This document shows, one piece after another, positions 47,670 to 56,268 of a stretch of DNA of 64,000 nucleotides. The notes under the pieces are model-generated. The model saw only the letters and a list, made by a program, of their open reading frames with translations. It was not told where the DNA came from and did no database searches. The position numbers and the translations under genes were made by a program. Source of the DNA: an uncultured Acidimicrobiaceae bacterium. Lineage in GTDB: Bacteria; Actinomycetota; Acidimicrobiia; Spongiisociales; ZC4RG35. Position 1 is the first letter of the stretch, and every line of letters begins with the position of its first letter. Location of the stretch: NCBI GenBank assembly GCA_964571765.1, contig CAZNDH010000001.1:30773-94772 (forward strand), written 5' to 3'.

Positions 47670-48170
47670 ATGAGAGTCCTTGTAGCAGCGGCGTCACGTC
47701 ACGGCGCCACCGAGGAGATCGCCCGACACATCGCCGACATCCTGGCCACCCGTGGTCTCGAGGTCACCGTTGCCCCTCCCCAGGAGGTGAGCGACCCCTG
47801 GCAGTACCAGGCGGTCGTGCTCGGCAGCGCCATCTATGCGGGTCACTGGCTCAACGAGTCGAAGCAGCTGGCCCAGCTCCTGATCGACCGCCCCGGCCCG
47901 GCGGTCTGGCTCTTCTCCAGCGGAGGCCTGGGTGACCCCCCGATGCCCGGCACCGACCCGGTGGAGGTACCCGACCTGATGCTGATGATGGCCGCTCGGG
48001 AACACCGCTTGTTCGCCGGCAAACTCGACCGGTCGCTGCTCAACCTGGGCGAACGGGCCATCGTCCGGATGGTGAAGGCACCCGACGGGGACTTCCGGTC
48101 CTGGGATGAGATCAGCGTTTGGGGCGAGGAGATCGCGCTCCAGCTGGAGATGGTGGCCGCCTCGACCTGA
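47670..48170 (+). CDS. flavodoxin-domain protein (HemG-like)
   Basis: ASRHGATEEIA, GSAIYAGHW, WLFSSG, GDFRSW. Confidence 0.85.
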   Translation: MRVLVAAASRHGATEEIARHIADILATRGLEVTVAPPQEVSDPWQYQAVVLGSAIYAGHWLNESKQLAQLLIDRPGPAVWLFSSGGLGDPPMPGTDPVEVPDLMLMMAAREHRLFAGKLDRSLLNLGERAIVRMVKAPDGDFRSWDEISVWGEEIALQLEMVAAST

Positions 48171-48428
48171 ATAACGCTCCTCGACCTCATCAGGTCGAAG
48201 ACCTCGGCCTCGATGTGAACCGGGCGCCGCTGGGCATCCCGGCTCCGAGAGACCAACCCGGCGTCCTCGAGCACCTCGAGGTGCTTGGAGACTGCCTGCA
48301 GCGACACCTGGTAGGGCTCGGCAAGCTCGCCAACGGTGTGATCGGCCTCGACGAGGCGGACGCATCATGTCTCGTCTGATCGGGTCGGCCAGTGCCGAGA
48401 ACACCTTTGACAACGGATCAGCTGACAT
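48171..48428 (-). pseudogene. ArsR/SmtB family regulator pseudogene
   Basis: MSADPLSKVFSALADPIRRD, frameshift near 48362, then VGELAEPYQVSLQAVSKHLEVLEDAGLV; second disruption near 48188; no intact 3' end. Confidence 0.8.
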
Positions 48429-48443
48429 CGGGTCGACCCCTTC

Positions 48444-48498
48444 TTCAACCACTTGGTTGGACTAGACCGCGGCGTTCTATTGTCAACTGAACGGTTGA
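48444..48498. promoter_or_regulatory. two TCAAC-N6-GTTG(A/G) palindromes, likely ArsR autoregulatory operators
   Basis: TTCAACCACTTGGTTGGA (48444-48461) and TCAACTGAACGGTTGA (48483-48498) upstream of the ArsR start. Confidence 0.65.
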
Positions 48499-48510
48499 AT
48501 AAGGGATAAT

Positions 48511-48540
48511 GAGAGGGAGGGGCGACCGCCCCTCCCTCTC
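48511..48540 (-). terminator. intrinsic terminator of the small secreted protein gene
   Basis: GAGAGGGAGGGGCG-AC-CGCCCCTCCCTCTC perfect inverted repeat, 18 nt after the stop. Confidence 0.75.
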
Positions 48541-48558
48541 CTCGCGCTCAGCAACCGG

Positions 48559-48894
48559 TCAGCCGCACCAGAAGGCGAGCACCTCACCGACCCCGGGCAC
48601 GATCACGGTCACCGCCGTGGTCGGGTCACCGTTGAACAACTCGGGGTTGCTCCGGTGCAGCGAGAGAACAGTGGGGAAGTCGAGTACCCCGACTCCCTTC
48701 ACATCGATCCCGCCCTTGGCCACTGCTGCCAACAAGCCCAGCGACTGCAGAGTAGAGATGCCCGCCTGCTGACAGGCGATCCCGGACGGTTTTCCCTCAC
48801 CTCCCGCTCCTTTGGGCGGGGTAGCCATTGCCGGGACGGCCATGGCCAGCACCAATGCCACCGCTGTAGCGACTGTGACGATCCTCTTCCTCAT
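48559..48894 (-). CDS. small secreted hypothetical protein (111 aa)
   Basis: AAGGAG RBS, Sec signal ending PAMA, own terminator. Confidence 0.75.
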   Translation of the reverse strand: MRKRIVTVATAVALVLAMAVPAMATPPKGAGGEGKPSGIACQQAGISTLQSLGLLAAVAKGGIDVKGVGVLDFPTVLSLHRSNPELFNGDPTTAVTVIVPGVGEVLAFWCG

Positions 48895-48961
48895 GACCCC
48901 AATCTCCTTTCGTCGGGTCGAGGAACATTCGGAACGAGGGCCGCCCCCGGATTGGATTACT

Positions 48962-49822
48962 TCAATCGAAGGTGTTGCAGCGGGACGGGTCGCCGGTGTC
49001 CCAACCTCGGGTGAACCACTCCACCCGTTGCTCCGAGGACCCATGGGTCCAGGTCTCCGGTCTGACCTGGCCCTGCACCCGCTCCTGGATCCGGTCGTCG
49101 CCGACAGCAGCGGCCGCGTCCATCGCCAGTTGGATCTCACCGGGAAGGAAGATACCGGCATCACGCAGTGTGTTGGCCCAGACCCCGGCAAAGCAGTCGG
49201 CTTGGAGCTCGAGGCGAATCGACAGATCATTGGCTTCGGCCTGGGAGGAAGCCTGTTGGGCACGTTGGACCTCCTCGAGGATCCCGAGACGCTTCTGGAC
49301 GTGGTGACCCACCTCGTGGGCGATCACATAGGCCTCGGCCACGTCTCCACCCTGGGCACCGAACCGGGAGACCAACTCGTCGAAGAAGGTCTCGTCGATG
49401 TAGATGGTCTCGTCGAGGGGGCAGTAGTGGGGGCCGACCCTGGAGTCGGCAGCCCCACAGGCCGAGGTGGCGCCGCCACGAAACAACACCAGCTTGGGCA
49501 GGACGTAGCTCATCCCCCACGATTGGAAGATCGCTTCCCAGGTGTCATCGGTGGAGCCGAGCACGGTGGAGACAAACACCTCGTAGTCGTCTTCACCACG
49601 GAATTCCTCGGGCTGGACGTTGGGCTGCTGTGGCGCCTCGGTCTGCTGGATCTGGTTCATCAGATCGTCGAGACCCGAGCCCCCGCCACCGAGGAAACTG
49701 ATGATCAGGAAGATGATCAGGCCGACACCGCCGAGCCCGCCCACGGCCATGCCAGCCGGGCGCCCCATACCCCGGCGATCTTCGACATTTCCCCGGCGAC
49801 TCAGCCGGTCCCATCGTGCCAT
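48962..49822 (-). CDS. neutral zinc metallopeptidase (YpfJ family)
   Basis: NVEDRRG, GPHYCPLD, AHEVGHHVQ, ELQADC, THGSSEQR. Confidence 0.92.
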   Translation of the reverse strand: MARWDRLSRRGNVEDRRGMGRPAGMAVGGLGGVGLIIFLIISFLGGGGSGLDDLMNQIQQTEAPQQPNVQPEEFRGEDDYEVFVSTVLGSTDDTWEAIFQSWGMSYVLPKLVLFRGGATSACGAADSRVGPHYCPLDETIYIDETFFDELVSRFGAQGGDVAEAYVIAHEVGHHVQKRLGILEEVQRAQQASSQAEANDLSIRLELQADCFAGVWANTLRDAGIFLPGEIQLAMDAAAAVGDDRIQERVQGQVRPETWTHGSSEQRVEWFTRGWDTGDPSRCNTFD

Positions 49823-50026
49823 GTTCTCCTCCAAGACCGGAAGCGTGGAGGCTACTCCCGACTGGAGAGCTATACCCCACTGAACGAGAAACGATGCCCC
49901 CGGTCCCCGGCACATCTCGCCGAGGCCGGTGAGCCCCGGTTGGCACTGGAGCCCGTGGGCCCAGGTCGCGAAAACTTTGGGCGTCCGCGGGTTCTCCCCC
50001 GCTACCTAATGGGGTATGTTTGGCTC

Positions 50027-50162
50027 TGAAGAGCCCGAGGAAGTGGGAACGGGTGCTGGGTGACTTCCCAGCTGAGACAGGGACTGTAGGAGTCCCCGGA
50101 CCGTTCAAACCTGAGACGGTTAACACCGGCGTAGGAATCCCCTTCGTTGGGCTCTTCATTTT
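50027..50162 (+). ncRNA. TPP riboswitch aptamer with extended P1
   Basis: GGGTGC-P3-GCTGAGA, extra stem, ACCTGA..CGGTTAACACCGGCGTAGGA; closed by TGAAGAGCCC/GGGCTCTTCA then TTTT. Confidence 0.82.
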
Positions 50163-50235
50163 CCCTCCCCTCAACCCGCTCCTCTGTCGACCAGGTGACT
50201 GGTGCCGCTCGGGTGATCCGGCGATACTCCCGGCG

Positions 50236-51477
50236 ATGGCCAACCAGGTGACCCGACGAGAGCCAAGGTCGGTGCAACGTAGGCTCACCGGTGTCCTCTT
50301 CGGGGGCGTGGCGCTGGGCTCGACCGCTTACATCGCCGCGGTCACCATCTCCACCCTGGCCATCGACGAGATCACCGGATCGGCAGCCCTCGCCGGAGTG
50401 CCCGGAGCGGCCGCGGTGGTGGGGACCGCCCTGGGGACCACTGCGCTAACCGTTAGCGTCGCCCGGAGAGGCCGTCGACCCGGCATGGTGGCCGGATACA
50501 CACTCGCCGCCCTAGGGGCGGTCACCTGCATCCTCGCGGTAACCGCATCATCCGTAGTCGGTCTCATCGGAGGCATGGCCCTCATCGGCCTGGGTAATGC
50601 CTCCACGCATTTGTCCCGGTATGCCGCGGCCGACATGTACCCCCCGGAGCGAAGGGGCGCCGCCCTGGGCATGGTGGTCTGGGCGGGCACTGTGGGCTCG
50701 GTGGCTGGTCCCGCTCTGCTCCAGCCTTCGGGTCGCCTCGCCGAGTCGTTGGGTCGATCCGAGCTGGTTGGGGCATACCTGGTAGCCCTGGTGTTCCTCC
50801 TCCTGGCCGGGCTCCTCTACTTCGGGGGCCTCCGCCCCGACCCGACTTCCCTGGCCCCGGAGCCGCCGTCCCGGGCCCGGGTGGCATGGCCGGCCCTGGC
50901 CGCCGCCTTTCGCCTCCCCCAGGTGCGGGTGGCACTCTCGGTGATGGTCGCCGGTCAGGTGGTGATGGTGATGATCATGACGGCGACCCCGCTCCACATC
51001 CGCCACCACGGCTCCGACCTGGGCATCGTCGGCCTGGTCATGAGCGCCCACACATTGGGCATGTTCGCCCTCTCCCCGGTCACCGGGCGTCTCGCCGACA
51101 CCTTCGGTCCAATGCGCGTGGCGACGGCGGGAATGGCCGTTCTCGCTGGGTCGGCGGTAGGGGCTGCCGTCGGGCCGATCCATTCCACCGCCGCCCTGGT
51201 CGGGCTGCTCTGGGCCCTCGGGGTCGGCTGGAACATGACCTTCGTGTCGGGAAGCTCGATGCTCTCCGCCGGGATCGACTCCGGAGTCCGCGCCCGCCTC
51301 CAGGGCTCGGTCGACTCCCTCACCTGGATCTCGGGAGCCCTGGCTGCCATCGGTTCCGGCCTCCTCTATCAGTCGCGCGACTACCGGGCCCTCGGCCTGA
51401 TCGGGGTGGCGCTTCTGGTGGCGCCGGTGGTGGTCGTCCTCCACAATCGCCGGCTTCTTGCTGCGGCTGAGACCTGA
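50236..51477 (+). CDS. MFS transporter
   Basis: ~12 TM segments, RRGRRPG, RYAAAD, MVMIMTATP, GRLADTFG. Confidence 0.88.
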   Translation: MANQVTRREPRSVQRRLTGVLFGGVALGSTAYIAAVTISTLAIDEITGSAALAGVPGAAAVVGTALGTTALTVSVARRGRRPGMVAGYTLAALGAVTCILAVTASSVVGLIGGMALIGLGNASTHLSRYAAADMYPPERRGAALGMVVWAGTVGSVAGPALLQPSGRLAESLGRSELVGAYLVALVFLLLAGLLYFGGLRPDPTSLAPEPPSRARVAWPALAAAFRLPQVRVALSVMVAGQVVMVMIMTATPLHIRHHGSDLGIVGLVMSAHTLGMFALSPVTGRLADTFGPMRVATAGMAVLAGSAVGAAVGPIHSTAALVGLLWALGVGWNMTFVSGSSMLSAGIDSGVRARLQGSVDSLTWISGALAAIGSGLLYQSRDYRALGLIGVALLVAPVVVVLHNRRLLAAAET

Positions 51478-51480
51478 ACT

Positions 51481-52536
51481 TCAACCCAAATGACGTCCGG
51501 CGGGCTCGACCCCGATCTCGGTGGCCTTCAAGCCCAGCCAGATCTCGCTGCCCGGCTCGACCCCTAGCTCCTCAGCAGCCGCCCTGGTTATTTCCACGGT
51601 AAGGGGGAGGGGGCGACCGGTCTGGAGCCGGAGTCGGTCGCCGATCGGCTCGAGACGCTCCACCAGCGTAACCCACTGATTGCGGGTGCTCCCCGAAGGG
51701 CGGTCGAGGTGCACCGAAGGTGCACTGGTGGGGATCGTGACCACTACCGGCCCCTCCAGGTCGCGGTCGGCGAGGTGGACCAAGTGGCCGTCGAGTTCGA
51801 CCCGGCCGCCGCCGGCGACGCCGGAGAACAGGTTGACCCCGGCGAGGGCGGCGGCGTAACCGGTCCGGGGCTTGAGCCTCAGGTCGTCGGGGGTGCCACT
51901 CTGGGTGATCCGCCCCTCCTCGAGCACATGGATGCGGTCGCCGAGGAGCAGCGTCTCCTGAGAGTCGTGGGTGACGAAGAGCACCGGGACCTCCCACCGG
52001 GCGACGATGTCCTTGACCAGGATGCGCAGCCGGTGGCGTACCGGGAGGTCGAGGGCGCTGAAGGGCTCGTCGAGGAGCAGCATCCGGGGATCACCGGCCA
52101 ACGCCCTGGCAAGGGCAACCCGCTGCATCTGGCCACCTGAAACCTGGCCAGGGCGGCGTTCCGCCAGATCCGCCGCTCCCACCTCGCCGAGCCAGCCGGC
52201 GGCCGTTTCCCTGCGGTGGGCACGCGAGCCCTCCCGGACTGCCAGCGCCACATTGTCGAGCATGGTGCGATGGGGTAACAGCAGGGAGTCCTGAAAGACC
52301 ACGCCGACCCACCGATCCTGGGGACTGACGTGGACACCCGCGGAGGTATCGACCAGGGTGACGCCGTCGATGGCCACCCGTCCGCGGTCGGGACGATCTA
52401 TACCCGAGATCATTCGGAGGGTCATGCTCTTGCCCGCCCCGGACGGGCCCACCAGCACTGTGATCCCCGAATCGCATACGAAGCGGGCGTCGAGCTCGAA
52501 CCCGCCCACCGAGTGGCCCAGCTCGACGGTGAGCAT
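51481..52536 (-). CDS. modC: molybdate ABC transporter ATP-binding protein with TOBE domain
   Basis: GPSGAGKS, SGGQMQR, LLLDEP, C-terminal TOBE ending KATE. Confidence 0.88.
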   Translation of the reverse strand: MLTVELGHSVGGFELDARFVCDSGITVLVGPSGAGKSMTLRMISGIDRPDRGRVAIDGVTLVDTSAGVHVSPQDRWVGVVFQDSLLLPHRTMLDNVALAVREGSRAHRRETAAGWLGEVGAADLAERRPGQVSGGQMQRVALARALAGDPRMLLLDEPFSALDLPVRHRLRILVKDIVARWEVPVLFVTHDSQETLLLGDRIHVLEEGRITQSGTPDDLRLKPRTGYAAALAGVNLFSGVAGGGRVELDGHLVHLADRDLEGPVVVTIPTSAPSVHLDRPSGSTRNQWVTLVERLEPIGDRLRLQTGRPLPLTVEITRAAAEELGVEPGSEIWLGLKATEIGVEPAGRHLG

Positions 52537-53189
52537 CAGGAGATCCGTTCCAGTCTTCGAACCACGAGGAGGATGGTCACCGCCACCACCACCAGGACCA
52601 GCGACAACCTCCCGGCGCGGTCGTAGTCGAAGGCTTGGACCGCGTCATACACCGCTACCGGCATGGTCTGGGTGCGGCCCGGAATGTTGCCGGCAACCAT
52701 CACCGTGGCCCCGAAGTCGCCCAACGCCCGAGCGAATGACAGGGCCACTCCGGCAAGCAGGCCCCTCCTCGCCAAGGGCAGGGTGATCTTGGCGGCCACC
52801 CGCCAGTCGGCGAGCCCCATCACCCTCCCCACGTCTTCGAACCGCCGGTCGACCGACTCGATGGCGGCCCGGGCGGCGCGCAGGCAGAAGGGGAAGGAGG
52901 CCACCGCCGCAGCCAGCACCGCTCCCTGCCAGGTGAACACAAGTGGTGCTCCGAACACCGACTCCCAGACCTGGCCGATCGGGCTCCTCCTCCCCACCAT
53001 GACCAGGAGGTAATAGCCGAGGACCGTAGGAGGCATCACGATTGGGACGGTGGCGATCGCCTCGAGGAGTCCGCGACCACGAAACCGCCTGCGCGCCAGC
53101 AGGTAGCCGAACCCGATTCCTCCGACGGCCACCAACAAAGTGGCGATGATGCTCACCCGGAGCGATAGCCAGAGCGGATCCCAGATCAT
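52536..53189 (-). CDS. modB: molybdate ABC transporter permease
   Basis: PPTVLGYYLL, FARALGDFGAT, GNIPGRTQTMP. Confidence 0.93.
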   Translation of the reverse strand: MIWDPLWLSLRVSIIATLLVAVGGIGFGYLLARRRFRGRGLLEAIATVPIVMPPTVLGYYLLVMVGRRSPIGQVWESVFGAPLVFTWQGAVLAAAVASFPFCLRAARAAIESVDRRFEDVGRVMGLADWRVAAKITLPLARRGLLAGVALSFARALGDFGATVMVAGNIPGRTQTMPVAVYDAVQAFDYDRAGRLSLVLVVVAVTILLVVRRLERIS

Positions 53190-53983
53190 CCGCCCACTTC
53201 CCCGGGGAGCACGAACCCATAGCGGTTCATCACCTCCCGTCCGCGAGGGCTGCCCACCAGCTCGACGAATTCGACCGCGGCTCCCACTCGGGCGGGGTCT
53301 TCGACGGTCACCACCAGTGCTTGCTCCAGGGGGTTGTGGAGCCCGTCGTCGATCAACTCCCAGGACCCCCGCTCGCCGGCGGCCATCGCCAGGGAGAGGG
53401 CGACAATGGCGACGTCGGCGTCACCGTTCTCCGCCAGCCGCTGGGTGTCGGAGATGTTCTCTCCGAAGACGAGCCTTGCTTCGAGCGTGTCCCAGTTCCC
53501 CGATTCGAGGAGGGCCTCCTTGGCAGCCAACCCGTAAGGCGCGTGCTGGGGATTGGCGATGGCCACGAACCTCACCCCCTGGTCGGAGCCAAGTGCATCG
53601 AGGTCAGTCCACCCATGCCAGAGATCGGTCCGGGCCCAGATGACGATCCGGCCATAGGCGTAGGTTGTCTTCGTCGATGGGTCACCCCGGCCCGAGGCAA
53701 GGACCCGATCGACGAAGTCGAGGTTGGCCGAGGCATAGACATCGACTGGTGCACCTTCGATGATTCGCTGAGCCAACTGGCCAGAAGACCCGAAGTCGAA
53801 GACGACCTCGTGGTCGGTCGTCTCGGTGAAAACCTCACCCAACTCTTCGAAGGCCGGGCGTAGATCGGAAGCGGCCGCCACCAGCAGGGCCTGATCGCCC
53901 ATCAACGGCCCGGAAGCAGGCTGAGAGTCCCGGCACCCGGCCAGGGCCAGACAAACCAGAAACACCACAGAGCCCGATCTCAC
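53186..53983 (-). CDS. modA: molybdate ABC transporter substrate-binding lipoprotein
   Basis: Lipobox LAGC, AAASDL, GSSGQL, APYG, GENI. Confidence 0.92.
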   Translation of the reverse strand: MRSGSVVFLVCLALAGCRDSQPASGPLMGDQALLVAAASDLRPAFEELGEVFTETTDHEVVFDFGSSGQLAQRIIEGAPVDVYASANLDFVDRVLASGRGDPSTKTTYAYGRIVIWARTDLWHGWTDLDALGSDQGVRFVAIANPQHAPYGLAAKEALLESGNWDTLEARLVFGENISDTQRLAENGDADVAIVALSLAMAAGERGSWELIDDGLHNPLEQALVVTVEDPARVGAAVEFVELVGSPRGREVMNRYGFVLPGEVGG

Positions 53984-54966
53984 CCCGTGCTGCTCCCCAG
54001 TTCTTCGAGGTGATACCCGCCGATCTGCTCCAGTCGCCGGCGGAACGCCTCGCCGGTGACCGCCGTCAACATCGCCTCGACACCACGCTCACCGAGCCAA
54101 CGATCATCGACCCAGAGTTCGACCCGATGATGTGCCAGTGGATGGAAGGCGACACCGAGGGCAGCCGACACCGGCTCGATGGTGAGTGCCGGAATGCCGG
54201 CACAGATCCCGTGACGCCCCGCAGATAGGTGTCCCCCCGCTCTCGGTCCAGGCACTTCGCCACCCACTGCCTCGAGGAACGACTGTTGAGCAGCTGCCGA
54301 AGGCTCCCGCTGCACCACCGGAATGCCTCCCGAGACGACCAGGTCCCACCACCCGGAAGTCATGCCGGGAGGCAGGGCCAGGCCGACGCTCCACCCCGTC
54401 AAGCCGAAACGGACGAGACCCGGCGGTGCATCTGGGACCTCCCCCTCGGGGGCGTGAACGACCGCAGCATGGGCCCTGCCTTGGGTCATCGCGTTCACTG
54501 CCGAGGCGGAGGAAGCGACCACGGCCATCGCCCCGATGCCCTCCTGGCGGAGCATCGACTCCAGGGTTTCCAGCCCGGGCTCACACCCCGCCACCACCAC
54601 GCTGGGTCGGCTGATTCCTGACCCGACCACCCGGCCGGACTCTATGGCCCCGTCGGCCGGGCCCCAACCCTCTCCACCGGTGAGGGGCGGCGACGTCACC
54701 ACCTGAACACCGATCATCCCGACCCGTACCGCCTCACCCTCGCCGGGAGGTCCACCGGTGAGCACGTCGACCGGCGAGGTATCCGAAGCGAAAAGTGACT
54801 CGGGGCTGACCCCGAGCGCCCGGGAGAGGGCCAGTGCGGCATCGACCCGGGGAAGGTGACGACCGCTTTCGACTGCACCCACCAACTGCCTACTGACCCC
54901 GGCCAACCCGGCCAGCTCCGCCTGGGTCAACCCGGCTTGCTCCCTAGCAGTCCTCAGTCGACTCAT
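53980..54966 (-). CDS. XRE-HTH regulator with PBP-like molybdate-binding domain
   Basis: GLTQAELAGLAGVSRQ HTH; AGCEP and QRE...A segments; first gene of the mod operon. Confidence 0.75.
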   Translation of the reverse strand: MSRLRTAREQAGLTQAELAGLAGVSRQLVGAVESGRHLPRVDAALALSRALGVSPESLFASDTSPVDVLTGGPPGEGEAVRVGMIGVQVVTSPPLTGGEGWGPADGAIESGRVVGSGISRPSVVVAGCEPGLETLESMLRQEGIGAMAVVASSASAVNAMTQGRAHAAVVHAPEGEVPDAPPGLVRFGLTGWSVGLALPPGMTSGWWDLVVSGGIPVVQREPSAAAQQSFLEAVGGEVPGPRAGGHLSAGRHGICAGIPALTIEPVSAALGVAFHPLAHHRVELWVDDRWLGERGVEAMLTAVTGEAFRRRLEQIGGYHLEELGSSTG

Positions 54967-55018
54967 GCCAGAAAACTAGCATCATCGCTTGAACTCTGGC
55001 CTCTTCACGGCGTCGGGC

Positions 55019-56164
55019 TCAGAGAGTGGTCGCTGACTCCTCTTGGGTGGGAGTCAGGCCCAGTTCCTGGGAGCGCTGTACCCATCGGGCGACGTCGCGG
55101 GGAGTGATGATCCCGAGAATCTGGCCGTCGTCGACCACCAACACCCGATCCTGGTCCTGCTCCCGAAGCCTCTCCATGACCCGGTTCATCGGTGTCGCCG
55201 GCTCAACGGTGCATGCGTCCTCGAGGTCGGTCATCGCGCTCCACACCTGACGGACTCCCCACTGGTCCTTGGGGATCTGGCGCACCGCCCTCAGTGTCAC
55301 CAACCCGGAACGGTCCTCTGAGACCACAGGGAAAGCCGAATGGTCGTAGCGGAGGAAATATTCGTCGACTGCCTGCTCAACGGTGGTATCGAAGGGGATG
55401 CTCACCAGCTCCGGTGTCATCAGATCGGCGGCGGTGACGTCCTCGAGAAAGGACCGGACCACCACGTCCTGGTCGGCGGCACTCGCCGCCTGGAGCAGGA
55501 ACCAACCAATGGCCGCCATCCATAGGCCACCCAGATCGCCCCGGAACACCGAAAATATCCCGATGGCAATGAGGAGCGAGGCGATCACCCGGCCGCCCCG
55601 GGCAGCCCCACGAGTCGCCGAGACGAGATTTCCTCTGACCTTCCACAGGATGGAGCGGAGCACCCGCCCCCCGTCCAGGGGGAATCCGGGCAACAGGTTG
55701 AACACGCCGAGGAGAAGGTTGAGCCACCCCAGGTAGCCGAGAGGGAACAGGACCAACGGGCTGAGCACACCTGATCCCAGTGTCACCACCAGCCAGAAGG
55801 CCGCGGCCAACAGCAAGCTGGTCAGCGGTCCCACCACTGCGATCAGGAACTCATCGCGGGGCTTGCTCGCCTCCATCTTCATCTTGCTCACTCCACCGAA
55901 GAGGAAGAGCGTGATCCCCTCGACCTCCACCCCGAGACGACGGGCCATAACCGAGTGGCTCAGCTCGTGGAGCAGCACCGACCCGAAGAACACCAGGGCG
56001 GTCGCCCCGGCCATCACGATGAGAACACCCTGGTCGAGATCCTCGAAACGCAAGGCAAACTGGAGGTAGAACGACCAGCTGAAGAGAAAGGCGATCACCA
56101 GCCAGGACGGGTCGATGCTGATCTCGATCCCAAAAACCCGGCCGATACGGAGACCTTTGATCAT
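55019..56164 (-). CDS. site-2 (M50) protease with CBS pair
   Basis: HELSH, FNLLPGFPLDGG, two CBS domains. Confidence 0.92.
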   Translation of the reverse strand: MIKGLRIGRVFGIEISIDPSWLVIAFLFSWSFYLQFALRFEDLDQGVLIVMAGATALVFFGSVLLHELSHSVMARRLGVEVEGITLFLFGGVSKMKMEASKPRDEFLIAVVGPLTSLLLAAAFWLVVTLGSGVLSPLVLFPLGYLGWLNLLLGVFNLLPGFPLDGGRVLRSILWKVRGNLVSATRGAARGGRVIASLLIAIGIFSVFRGDLGGLWMAAIGWFLLQAASAADQDVVVRSFLEDVTAADLMTPELVSIPFDTTVEQAVDEYFLRYDHSAFPVVSEDRSGLVTLRAVRQIPKDQWGVRQVWSAMTDLEDACTVEPATPMNRVMERLREQDQDRVLVVDDGQILGIITPRDVARWVQRSQELGLTPTQEESATTL

Positions 56165-56268
56165 GCGAAGGGACCCAGACGGCTCATTCGAGACGAATCT
56201 ATCGGCTGCCGTGGGGTAGGGGTGCGGCTTTGGCGCCGGAGCGGGTCGATCCTTAGCCTTGGCCGGAC

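Noticed and set aside
50027-50162. 6S/Ms1-like RNA, suggested by the long closing stem
   Set aside because: The interior matches TPP aptamer motifs and the length is short for 6S RNA
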